Shown in pieces: positions 39,816-47,472 of a DNA stretch of 61,811 bases. Made by a program: the position numbers and the translations under genes. Numbering within the stretch: position 1 is the stretch's first letter; the number at the start of each line of letters is the position of its first letter. Below the pieces are notes generated by a model, which worked only from the letters and a program-made list of their open reading frames with translations, was not told the DNA's origin and did no database searches. The stretch lies in NCBI GenBank assembly GCA_016281275.1, contig JAEEIH010000121.1, forward strand, positions 1-61,811, read 5' to 3'. Origin of the DNA: Lachnospiraceae bacterium. Its GTDB lineage: Bacteria; Bacillota; Clostridia; Lachnospirales; Lachnospiraceae.

Positions 39816-40319
39816 ATGCCGGCTTCAACTTATGAAAACAGTGATGGATTATCATATCCGTTAACTAAAATGAACTTCCTCGTAACGGTCAACAGCGTTG
39901 CGGGAACAGCTGCTTTCAGCGAGGTTACAGGAATTGAGGCATCTGTCGATGTCATCGAATTCCGCCAGGGTAATGCTCACAGCCTTTCACCCGTTAAGGT
40001 TCCGGGTCTCGTAAAGCATGGTAACGTTACTCTTAAATTTGGTTATACACTTGACAGTGCTTTCAAGACATGGATTCAGGAATGTGTTTCCGAAGTAAGA
40101 GGACAGATGCCCAGAAACGATCTTCAGATCGAGCTGATCGACATCAACGGCGGTGCTCCCAAAGCAGCGGTAAATGCATCTCTTGACGGTTCGAGAGTTT
40201 GGCTTCTTACAGATGCATGGGTTTGCAAATATACAGGTCCCGACCTTAATGCAACCACATCCGAAATCGCGATCGAATCTGTTGAGATTGCGTACGAGGA
40301 ACTTGTTATTCCTAACTGA
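39816..40319 (+). CDS. Tail tube protein (T4 gp19 / Afp1-type)
   Basis: 167 aa. MNFLVTVNSVAGTAAFSEVTGIEASVDVIEFRQGN...VKVPGLVKHGNVTLKFGYT fits the conserved phage tail region (tube) pattern. GAGAGGAGG RBS. Confidence 0.88.
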   Translation: MPASTYENSDGLSYPLTKMNFLVTVNSVAGTAAFSEVTGIEASVDVIEFRQGNAHSLSPVKVPGLVKHGNVTLKFGYTLDSAFKTWIQECVSEVRGQMPRNDLQIELIDINGGAPKAAVNASLDGSRVWLLTDAWVCKYTGPDLNATTSEIAIESVEIAYEELVIPN

Positions 40320-40352
40320 TGCGCTTGTCGCATGATTTTAAGTGTTTTTCAT

Positions 40353-40397
40353 ATACCGTATTTCAGGGGAGTCTTTGAGACTCCCTTGAGGCGGTAT
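40353..40397 (+). promoter_or_regulatory. Compound stem-loop in the 142-nt gap after the tube gene (ATACCG...GGGAGTC-TTTGA-GACTCCC...CGGTAT)
   Basis: Inverted repeats read directly, with no long T-run after them. Candidate partial terminator or mRNA-stability element separating sheath/tube from the lower-copy genes. Confidence 0.4.
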
Positions 40398-40461
40398 GAT
40401 GGGGTAGTAAAATGAAGTAACCCGCTTATAAAGAAAGCCCGCTTCTAAAGAGGAGGTAATT

Positions 40462-40824
40462 ATGCAGACAGTATATGAATTTGAATTGCCCAAGGGATAT
40501 ATCGACAATACGGGCGAAGTACATAAATTTGGAAAAATGCGGCTTGCAACGGCAGGCGATGAAATAAATGCGACCAGGGATCCGAGAGTCCTTTCAAACC
40601 CTTCATATCTCACGATTGCGATACTCGGAAAGGTTGTGACTGAAATTGAAGGAGTGGCTACCGTGTCGGCGACTCTCATCGAGAAGCTTTTCACGGCAGA
40701 CCTTGCGTTTCTTCAGGACATGTATCAAAGGATCAATGATGTTGAACTGCCCGTTATGACGGCTGTATGTCCGGAATGCGGAAAAACCTTCGAGGTACCC
40801 GTAAATTTTACTCGAGAGGGATAA
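40462..40824 (+). CDS. Tail assembly chaperone-like protein (P2 gpE-like)
   Basis: 120 aa. ELPKGYIDNTGEVHKFGKMRLATAGDEINA...LFTADLAFLQDMYQRIN pattern of phage tail assembly proteins. C-terminal CPECG zinc-ribbon-like motif. AAAGAGGAGG RBS. Confidence 0.55.
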   Translation: MQTVYEFELPKGYIDNTGEVHKFGKMRLATAGDEINATRDPRVLSNPSYLTIAILGKVVTEIEGVATVSATLIEKLFTADLAFLQDMYQRINDVELPVMTAVCPECGKTFEVPVNFTREG

Positions 40825-41021
40825 AGCTTTACCCCAAGGAAGAGCTTTACAGGGAAATGTCCTTTATCTCGTACTATTTTCACTGGAGCAATGATGAGGT
40901 AATGGCACTCGATCACATGAGCCGCCGAAGGTGGTGTAATGAGATATCGGCGATCAACAAGAGCCTGAATCCCTCGGATAACAAGAACAAAGAAAAGAGT
41001 ATTGTTGACTTTAAGCTGTAA
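40767..41021 (+). CDS. -1-frame ORF overlapping the chaperone gene; small CIS-associated protein (DUF6760-like by recollection), possibly made as a frameshift fusion
   Basis: ...YPKEELYREMSFISYYFHWSNDEVMALDHMSRRRWCNEISAINKSL. It has no SD of its own. There is no ATG/GTG/TTG between 40776 and 40858. The slippery heptamer A AAT TTT at 40803-40809 is in the zero frame of the upstream gene. Start coordinate uncertain. Confidence 0.45.
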   Translation: MSGMRKNLRGTRKFYSRGIKLYPKEELYREMSFISYYFHWSNDEVMALDHMSRRRWCNEISAINKSLNPSDNKNKEKSIVDFKL

Positions 41022-41068
41022 CACTCGCGTAAAAAAGTCGAATAGCGATTCCAAAGAGGAGAACGTCA

Positions 41069-43231
41069 ATGCCAGCAGTAAAAAATGACAATAATATAAT
41101 GAGTGCGTCGGAAAGATCAGGTTATACCAAAGGAGACCAGAATACAAATGCATTCGTATTTAACGTCGGCATGCATCCGCTCGTGAATTTCAATTTCATG
41201 CTTCGCGTGGAAGGGCTCATGGATATTCCCTGTAAATCCGTCAGTGCCTTCACAAAGGAGAACGAATTTGAGTATATCAAGGAGGGTGGATTAAACGACT
41301 ATGTCCACATGAAGAGAAGACCGATCTCTAAGCCTTTTACCTTCACAGTGGAAAGGTATATCACGCCCGCATATATAGTTGATCCGCTCGCTTTAGGAGC
41401 CGAGCTTGTTCTTCCCGTGATCCTCATGATCAGCCGTGACGGCAACAGATTCGACAAATGTCCCAGAACATTTACCTTTACGGGATGTACAGTCATCAGC
41501 AAGGAGTTCGGAAGCCTCAATTCCGAAAAGAGCGGTCTTCTTACGGAATCCATCACGATAGCGTATCGTGAGATGCTCTGCTTTGATCTTCCCGGCAATC
41601 CCGACAGCCCGACATATAAGATGGCAGCGGGTATTACCCACCTTGGTAAGGATCCGAAAAATGACGCCGGTGCTGTAAAGGGCGATGCTATATATAATCA
41701 AAGTGAACAAAGAAAAGCAAAATCAGAAGAAGCTGCGAGAATAACCGCCTTTCCGACAGGTGCGGTGCCGTCGGATAATACAATGATAAAAAATAAATCC
41801 CGTTATGATAAAGAAAAGCGAAAATCTGAAATGGGTTCTGTACCTTATCATAAGGATGCTTTATATAATTACGCGGTGGACACCAAAATAGACAATAAAA
41901 CAGTAAAAGTAAGTAATATGACAGCGGTCAGAGGAAATCAGCTGTTTGAACCGGTTTCACCGAAGGAAAGAAGAAAAGCGGATTCAAAAGCGGCAGCGTC
42001 AACAGTAGTTTTTTCAAAAGACATGACACCGTCAGACCGCACACAGCAGAAAAACAAATCACTTTACGATAAAGAAAAAAGGAAAGCCACACAAAGCGAA
42101 TTAGCTAAGGACGATGAAGGAAATCCGGTTTATGAAAAAGACGGAACGCAGAAAAGGAATTATTTCACTTTTTCGTCAAAGCCTTTATTCTCCTTGCAAG
42201 TGTTAAAAGAGCTTTATAGCAAAGAAAGACGTAAGGCAAATATGGGTGAAGTAGAGTATCATAAGGATGCTTTATATAATTACGCGGTGGACACCAAAAT
42301 AGACAATAAAACAGTAAAAGTAAGTAATATGAAACCGGTCAGAGGAAATCAGCTGTTTGAACCGGTTTCACCGAAGGAAAGAAGAAAAGATGCTTCAAAA
42401 GCGGCAGCGTCAACGGTAGTTTTTTCAAAAAAAATGACACCGTCAGACCGCACACAGCAGAAAAACAAATCACTTTACGAAAAAGAAAAAAGGAAAGCCA
42501 CACAAAGCGAATTGGCTAAGGACAAGGAAGGAAATCCGGTTTATGAAGCAGACGGAACGCAGAAAAGGAATTATTTCACTTTTTCGTCAAAGCCTTTAAG
42601 ATCGGCGCAGTTTGTCAGGGATCTGTATAATAGTGAGATCCGGAAAAGCGACATGGGTAGTGTTACGTACCATGAGGGCTTTGAATGGGTTAAAGATGCG
42701 GCCTCGAAGGCGCCGACGATGAACAGCACTCCGCTTAGGTCGATGCAAAAGGCTAAAGGCATTTATGAAAACGAAATCCGAAAAGGACAAATGAACACGA
42801 AAGCAGCTCACAGGGCTGCCTATGTGCACTCGCGCACACCGCAGAAGGTCAGACATGAGGAGTCGCCGCTTGAAAATACTAAGGTAACACCCGAAAAATT
42901 TGTGATGGCAAAGAGCGCCACACCGGTGAGATCGGCGAAGGCACCGTATGAAGATACAAAGGTAACGCCCGAAAAATTCGTGATGACAAAGAGTGCCACA
43001 CCGGTGAGATCGGCGAAGGCACCGTATGAAGATACAAAGGTAACGCCCGAAAAATTCGTGATGACAAAGAGTGCCGCACCGGTGAGATCGGCGAAGGCAC
43101 CGCTTGAGGATAGCAAGGTCACTCCCGAAAAATTCGAGATGAAAAAGAATGCCACCCCGCTGAGAGCGCGTGAGGCGCCTCTTGAAAAAACGGTGGCAAA
43201 GAAGAGAGAATGGCAGCCGGTCAAAAGATAA
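41069..43231 (+). CDS. Second tube-domain protein (Afp5-like N-terminus) fused to a roughly 530-aa Lys-rich repetitive extension
   Basis: 720 aa. N-terminal about 190 aa are tube-like (VNFNFMLRVEGLMDIPCKSVSAFTKENEFEYIKEGGLNDYVHMKRRPISKPFTFTVERY). The remainder is K/R/E-rich with 137-aa and 26-aa tandem repeats. AAAGAGGAG RBS. Confidence 0.7.
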   Translation: MPAVKNDNNIMSASERSGYTKGDQNTNAFVFNVGMHPLVNFNFMLRVEGLMDIPCKSVSAFTKENEFEYIKEGGLNDYVHMKRRPISKPFTFTVERYITPAYIVDPLALGAELVLPVILMISRDGNRFDKCPRTFTFTGCTVISKEFGSLNSEKSGLLTESITIAYREMLCFDLPGNPDSPTYKMAAGITHLGKDPKNDAGAVKGDAIYNQSEQRKAKSEEAARITAFPTGAVPSDNTMIKNKSRYDKEKRKSEMGSVPYHKDALYNYAVDTKIDNKTVKVSNMTAVRGNQLFEPVSPKERRKADSKAAASTVVFSKDMTPSDRTQQKNKSLYDKEKRKATQSELAKDDEGNPVYEKDGTQKRNYFTFSSKPLFSLQVLKELYSKERRKANMGEVEYHKDALYNYAVDTKIDNKTVKVSNMKPVRGNQLFEPVSPKERRKDASKAAASTVVFSKKMTPSDRTQQKNKSLYEKEKRKATQSELAKDKEGNPVYEADGTQKRNYFTFSSKPLRSAQFVRDLYNSEIRKSDMGSVTYHEGFEWVKDAASKAPTMNSTPLRSMQKAKGIYENEIRKGQMNTKAAHRAAYVHSRTPQKVRHEESPLENTKVTPEKFVMAKSATPVRSAKAPYEDTKVTPEKFVMTKSATPVRSAKAPYEDTKVTPEKFVMTKSAAPVRSAKAPLEDSKVTPEKFEMKKNATPLRAREAPLEKTVAKKREWQPVKR
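41846..42598 (+). repeat. Tandem 411-nt (137-aa) duplication; first 342 nt of each copy about 95% identical
   Basis: Copy 1 is 41846-42256 and copy 2 starts at 42257. By eye there are roughly 10-15 substituted bases between 41846-42187 and 42257-42598. Confidence 0.9.
42881..43192 (+). repeat. 4 x 78-nt (26-aa) in-frame tandem repeat KVTPEKFVMTKSATPVRSAKAPYEDT
   Basis: Units start at 42881, 42959, 43037 and 43115. Units 2 and 3 are almost identical. Confidence 0.9.
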
Positions 43232-43262
43232 AATAACCTGCAGATAAAAGGAAGGTGGAAAA

Positions 43263-45542
43263 GTGCTCACGATAAAAACGAATATGGAATATAAGAGCCT
43301 TACACCTCTTTGCAAAACAAGCGATCCTTTTTGTGAGAGGATTTTCGGTGAATACGAGCTGATGAGGGCGAGCTTTGTTCCGGAAGAGCTTTTGTATCTG
43401 GTCACTTCACAGCCGGATGTCTACTACAACGAAGCTCCGATAACCAATATCGTCAATGATAACAGAGTCGCAAACAATCAGAACATCAAAATGGATGTGA
43501 TCAACAACATGATCAACAGACTCATGTTTTCCGGAACGGTAAAGCCGACGTACCGCGATACCGTCTATGTGGAAAATGTGCTCAGAAAGCTCGGAATCAC
43601 TGACGTTAAACAATTCCTCAAGCAGGTTAACATACTTGAGAGTGAGGATGCGGCAACCACAAAGCTTCTCGAACTCTACTACAGCAGCGTGGACGAGCTG
43701 CGTACGATCGCCGACGAAGCAAGGGAAGAAAAGAAAAAGCAGTCGGGCACGAAAGATAAAAAGGACGAAACGGAGAAGAAAGAACAGGAACCTGCTCTTT
43801 ATAATGAGATATTCAACAGACTCGACACGGCGCTCATCTATTCCGAGCTGTACAACATGTATAATCCGGTGTCATATGATGTGAGACCCGTGTTACCCGA
43901 GCAGATCGGGATGGCAGGAGATGAGAAATTTTCACGAAATTCCCTCCTTTCGGTGTTCAGGAACTATGTTCGAAACGAACAATTGCCCCTGACCTACCGC
44001 AGTTATAATGTATATGAGGAAGGCGATTACGAAGGAACGGTAAACAATCAAAAAAGCGTTACAAATATGATCTCGTCCGCCGTTCTCTTAAATCATCTTG
44101 AAAAAGCGTACAGGATTTATTCAAACAGAACAGCGGAAAACAAAAACGAATGGTTTGATTATTCAAGAACCTTCTTCGGAGCGGGAAGAGACACCTTTGA
44201 AAGGATCAGGGAGAGAGCTTCCCGCGGTGAAAACGTATATATATACGACAAAAACCTTCTTGAGGTTTCGAGCGAGCAGAAACATTCCGAGGTTGAACTT
44301 CTTACCAGGCTTGTTCATTTAATTCATGAAGAGTCGCCGCAGCTCACCGAGGTATTCAGGACAGAGGGCGAAAAATATGTTACCGAAGCCGCCAGACAGC
44401 TTATCGAGAAACTTGGAGAGACGACTGTAAAGAACCAGAATACCACATTGACCGAAAATGTATTCAACAGGATAAGCGCGGACCAAAGAACGGTCACGGG
44501 TCCCACAGAGGGTAATGTTTACACCTATCGTGATATGAGAAGCCGTCGGACTGACATTACCGAAGGAGGCACTACCGCGTATTATTCGGATCGTACGGAC
44601 ATTCGCCGCGATGAGAGGTCTTTTGTTGAAGGTGACGTCGATATAACATTAAACAAGACCGAAGAGGGCGATACGAATGTTACGGAAGGATCCTCGGAAT
44701 TCGATTCGACGACCATTAATGCCTATAAGCAGGCTCTTGAGATAATAAATGAGCAGAATCTTGAAAAACTGACACAGCTCAGCAAAATAATGCCTGAAAA
44801 GGGTGAAAAAAAGAAGCGTGGAGAGGTAAGACTTGACAGATCACAGGCGCTGCTTGCGGCAGAGGACATACTTTCGGGCAAGTCGCCTCTTGAGATCGAA
44901 TACCTAAAGGAAGGCGAACCGCAGGAAAAGCAGGAAACCGTTTACGAAAAAGCGGTAATGCAGGTGATGTCCGAGGAAACAAGACAGATCATGCAGGTGG
45001 TCCGTGAATACATCGAGAATCCTCTTGAAACGATCGTGTCGGGACGTGTGATGCCCTCGGAGCCGGGAGCTCTCGCAGCAGAGCTTCAGTACCTTAATGT
45101 CGGAAGATCCGAAGAAGAGGTGATCGAAGGTGTTGTGGAGGATGTCACGGAAAGAACTGTTAATACCGTCAATGAGATTAGCAGAACGAAGATCGGCGAG
45201 CAGCAGATCGCAAGATCGGATTACGAACTCGAGAACCTGAATCTTGTGCATAAGCAGGAAAGAGACCTTGACGAAACGCTGGATTTTGTTGAGGAGCTTC
45301 ACAGACAGAGGTCAGAGATCAAAAAGACAAATGAAGAAATAAAGAACATAGTCGATAATGTGAATGTCACAAAACAAAATATCACGGAAAAGACGACGGT
45401 CAATAACGAAACAGTCAGTATGGATACCGTCAATAAAATGATCTCCACCAGGTTCAGGGAGGATATGGACGAGATATCCGAGAAGGTTTATGACAGGATA
45501 GAAAAAATGCTTGTTTCGGAAAGGAAGCGACGAGGCTTCTAA
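43263..45542 (+). CDS. Putative tape-measure protein (by position and composition)
   Basis: 759 aa. E/K/R-rich and predicted largely helical or extended. Located between the tube/chaperone genes and the baseplate-hub genes, as in phage and many CIS loci. Conserved-looking C-terminus ISEKVYDRIEKMLVSERKRRGF. GTG start after AAGGAAGGTGG. Confidence 0.45.
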   Translation: MLTIKTNMEYKSLTPLCKTSDPFCERIFGEYELMRASFVPEELLYLVTSQPDVYYNEAPITNIVNDNRVANNQNIKMDVINNMINRLMFSGTVKPTYRDTVYVENVLRKLGITDVKQFLKQVNILESEDAATTKLLELYYSSVDELRTIADEAREEKKKQSGTKDKKDETEKKEQEPALYNEIFNRLDTALIYSELYNMYNPVSYDVRPVLPEQIGMAGDEKFSRNSLLSVFRNYVRNEQLPLTYRSYNVYEEGDYEGTVNNQKSVTNMISSAVLLNHLEKAYRIYSNRTAENKNEWFDYSRTFFGAGRDTFERIRERASRGENVYIYDKNLLEVSSEQKHSEVELLTRLVHLIHEESPQLTEVFRTEGEKYVTEAARQLIEKLGETTVKNQNTTLTENVFNRISADQRTVTGPTEGNVYTYRDMRSRRTDITEGGTTAYYSDRTDIRRDERSFVEGDVDITLNKTEEGDTNVTEGSSEFDSTTINAYKQALEIINEQNLEKLTQLSKIMPEKGEKKKRGEVRLDRSQALLAAEDILSGKSPLEIEYLKEGEPQEKQETVYEKAVMQVMSEETRQIMQVVREYIENPLETIVSGRVMPSEPGALAAELQYLNVGRSEEEVIEGVVEDVTERTVNTVNEISRTKIGEQQIARSDYELENLNLVHKQERDLDETLDFVEELHRQRSEIKKTNEEIKNIVDNVNVTKQNITEKTTVNNETVSMDTVNKMISTRFREDMDEISEKVYDRIEKMLVSERKRRGF

Positions 45543-45597
45543 GGTCTTTGGGTCATAAGACGGGGCTCATAAAAACAGTACACGGAAGGCGGAAGAT

Positions 45598-46464
45598 ATG
45601 GGATTAGCAGACAGTGCCATAGCGCAATTTACCGGTAACCCGGTGCTCGGAGTCATAACAATACTTGATACGCGTCCGCTGGCTCCGTCCAATGAAGGAC
45701 AACCGGCGACGAATGTCTCAACCAAAAGAAAGATCGCAACAACGGGTAATGGCGGCAACACCGACAGGTTTACCGCAGGACTTTCAGCCAATCCGATGGA
45801 TCCGAACAAACCCGGTAACAGAAGATTTGAAGAGATCGCTGCCGGAAAAGGAGCAAAAAAAAGCTTCGAGGTACAATTTAATCCCGCAGGCATCACGATT
45901 CAGGCGCAGGGCGGAGGTATGGCCCAGGTTACCAATGTCGCCGGAGATACAAAAGGATCTGATGTCGGTGGCAGTATTAAATACACGACGATGGACCCGC
46001 GTATTACCGTTACGATTCCACTCATTTTTGACAGTGTCGTCAATGCTGATGCGTTCCTTGAGGACAAGCTTAACACGAGCCTTTCGTCGATAGCGAAAAA
46101 CGTTGCCAATGCGGTCACTAACGGACTCGGAGAAGTACACACGGTACAGACACAGGTTGAGGGTCTTATTTCCGTTCTTCGTAATGATTATACAAGGCAG
46201 ATAATGTTCTCTTGGTCTGAGATGAGCTATATCGGGCTCATAAACGGAGTGAATGCACAATACACAATGTTTTCTCCGCTCGGAAGACCGATCAGGGCAG
46301 TAGTGACCCTCACCCTCTTGTGTACGGACAAGGATGTAAGGTCAGGCACCATGGGTCAGTGGGAAGATCGCTATAGAGCTGCATTTATTAAAGAAAACGG
46401 TGATAATATGATCTCTAATGTAACGGCAGGTCAAAAGGTCGGTACGTTGTTTAATATTGGATGA
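45598..46464 (+). CDS. CIS tube-initiator-like protein (Afp7-like N-domain, no LysM seen), paralog 1
   Basis: 288 aa. FEVQFNPAGITIQAQGG and IMFSWSEMSYIGLINGVNAQYTMFSPLGRPIRAVVTLTL match the FxFNPe...vtFxWG...f.G.i.s....ytlF...G.P.RA.v pattern. Confidence 0.6.
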   Translation: MGLADSAIAQFTGNPVLGVITILDTRPLAPSNEGQPATNVSTKRKIATTGNGGNTDRFTAGLSANPMDPNKPGNRRFEEIAAGKGAKKSFEVQFNPAGITIQAQGGGMAQVTNVAGDTKGSDVGGSIKYTTMDPRITVTIPLIFDSVVNADAFLEDKLNTSLSSIAKNVANAVTNGLGEVHTVQTQVEGLISVLRNDYTRQIMFSWSEMSYIGLINGVNAQYTMFSPLGRPIRAVVTLTLLCTDKDVRSGTMGQWEDRYRAAFIKENGDNMISNVTAGQKVGTLFNIG

Positions 46465-46572
46465 TCTGAGACATAGCTATGAGTTGATCTGAAAGCCGCC
46501 GCGTTCCCTTTGAAAATGCGCGGGGCAGAGAAATCACAGGCGGTTTGAGACCGCTTCAAAAGAGGAGTTTGT

Positions 46573-47460
46573 ATGAGCGGTGTAATGGACGGCTTAGAAA
46601 ATTTTGGTAGAAGTGTTACCGGTTATGTGGCGAAAGCGGCCCTTCTTGTCAGAAGGATAAATCCCGCCAATTCGGGCTTGGGCGCGGAATCGGGCAGCCT
46701 CGCTTCACTTGCCAATCCGGACTCGGCCATCGGAATGGCGGATGTTATGTCCAATGCTGAGAGCGTGGCCGGCGCGGCGGTGAATTCGATAGCCGGCGGC
46801 GGGAGACTCACGGGAAATAATCTGATCAATTTTGTCAAACAACATCGGGATTGGGATTATTTTGAATTCCAGTACAATCCGGAAATAATATACATTAATT
46901 CGCAGGCCGGCTCGTACATGAGCAGGCAGGGTGCTCCCGAACAGGGTCTCAATCAGGTCACGATGACAGACATCCCTGCGCAGACCTCGATGAACTTTAA
47001 GGTGTATTTTTATGATATCAATAATGCGAGTGCGTTCCTCCAGGACAAGCTGATAGTTTCGGCGTCTGCGGTTGCAAAGGACATAGAGGCGATAGCGGCG
47101 ACTTATTCCGTCCAGACTCCCGTTGAAGGTCTTGTATCTCTTGTCACTCAGTATGCGACCCGTCAGGCGGTTTTTGTCATGGGAGAGGTTGTCTTTTTCG
47201 GAGAGATTGAAACCGTGAATGCCCAGTACACCATGTTCTCTCCGACCGGTCATCCCATTGCGGCCGTTGTTGACATTTCAATCCGTCAATCCTCCGCGGG
47301 AATCAAGGATGAGGACGGATATGAAGTACACAGCATGTCGCATACATACTGGGATGATGCTTTTGAAAGATTGTTCGGCAAGCCCGGCGTCGATCAGGAG
47401 GTTCATGCCAAGACGACCGCCGACAAGTTCGGTGGAGCATTCCTGAATCTTAATATGTAA
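46573..47460 (+). CDS. CIS tube-initiator-like protein, paralog 2
   Basis: 295 aa. FEFQYNPEIIYINSQAGS and AVFVMGEVVFFGEIETVNAQYTMFSPTGHPIAAVVDISI. Clearly paralogous to 45598-46464. Confidence 0.6.
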   Translation: MSGVMDGLENFGRSVTGYVAKAALLVRRINPANSGLGAESGSLASLANPDSAIGMADVMSNAESVAGAAVNSIAGGGRLTGNNLINFVKQHRDWDYFEFQYNPEIIYINSQAGSYMSRQGAPEQGLNQVTMTDIPAQTSMNFKVYFYDINNASAFLQDKLIVSASAVAKDIEAIAATYSVQTPVEGLVSLVTQYATRQAVFVMGEVVFFGEIETVNAQYTMFSPTGHPIAAVVDISIRQSSAGIKDEDGYEVHSMSHTYWDDAFERLFGKPGVDQEVHAKTTADKFGGAFLNLNM

Positions 47461-47472
47461 AGAGGTAAATAA

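Noticed and set aside
41846-42598. Diversity-generating retroelement (template/variable repeat pair) in the tube-fusion gene.
   Set aside because: No reverse transcriptase gene is in the window. The two copies are tandem within one ORF, and their differences are not restricted to adenine positions (they include G/A, C/A and T/G changes in both directions).
42596-43405. 269-aa and 134-aa reverse-strand ORFs (42596-43405, 42820-43224) with their own internal repeats (HRCGTLCHHEFFGRYLCIFIRCLRRS...).
   Set aside because: They mirror the 78-nt tandem repeat of the + strand tube-fusion gene. The repeats keep the antisense frame open artificially. There is no SD, and the + strand gene is supported by its tube domain and RBS.
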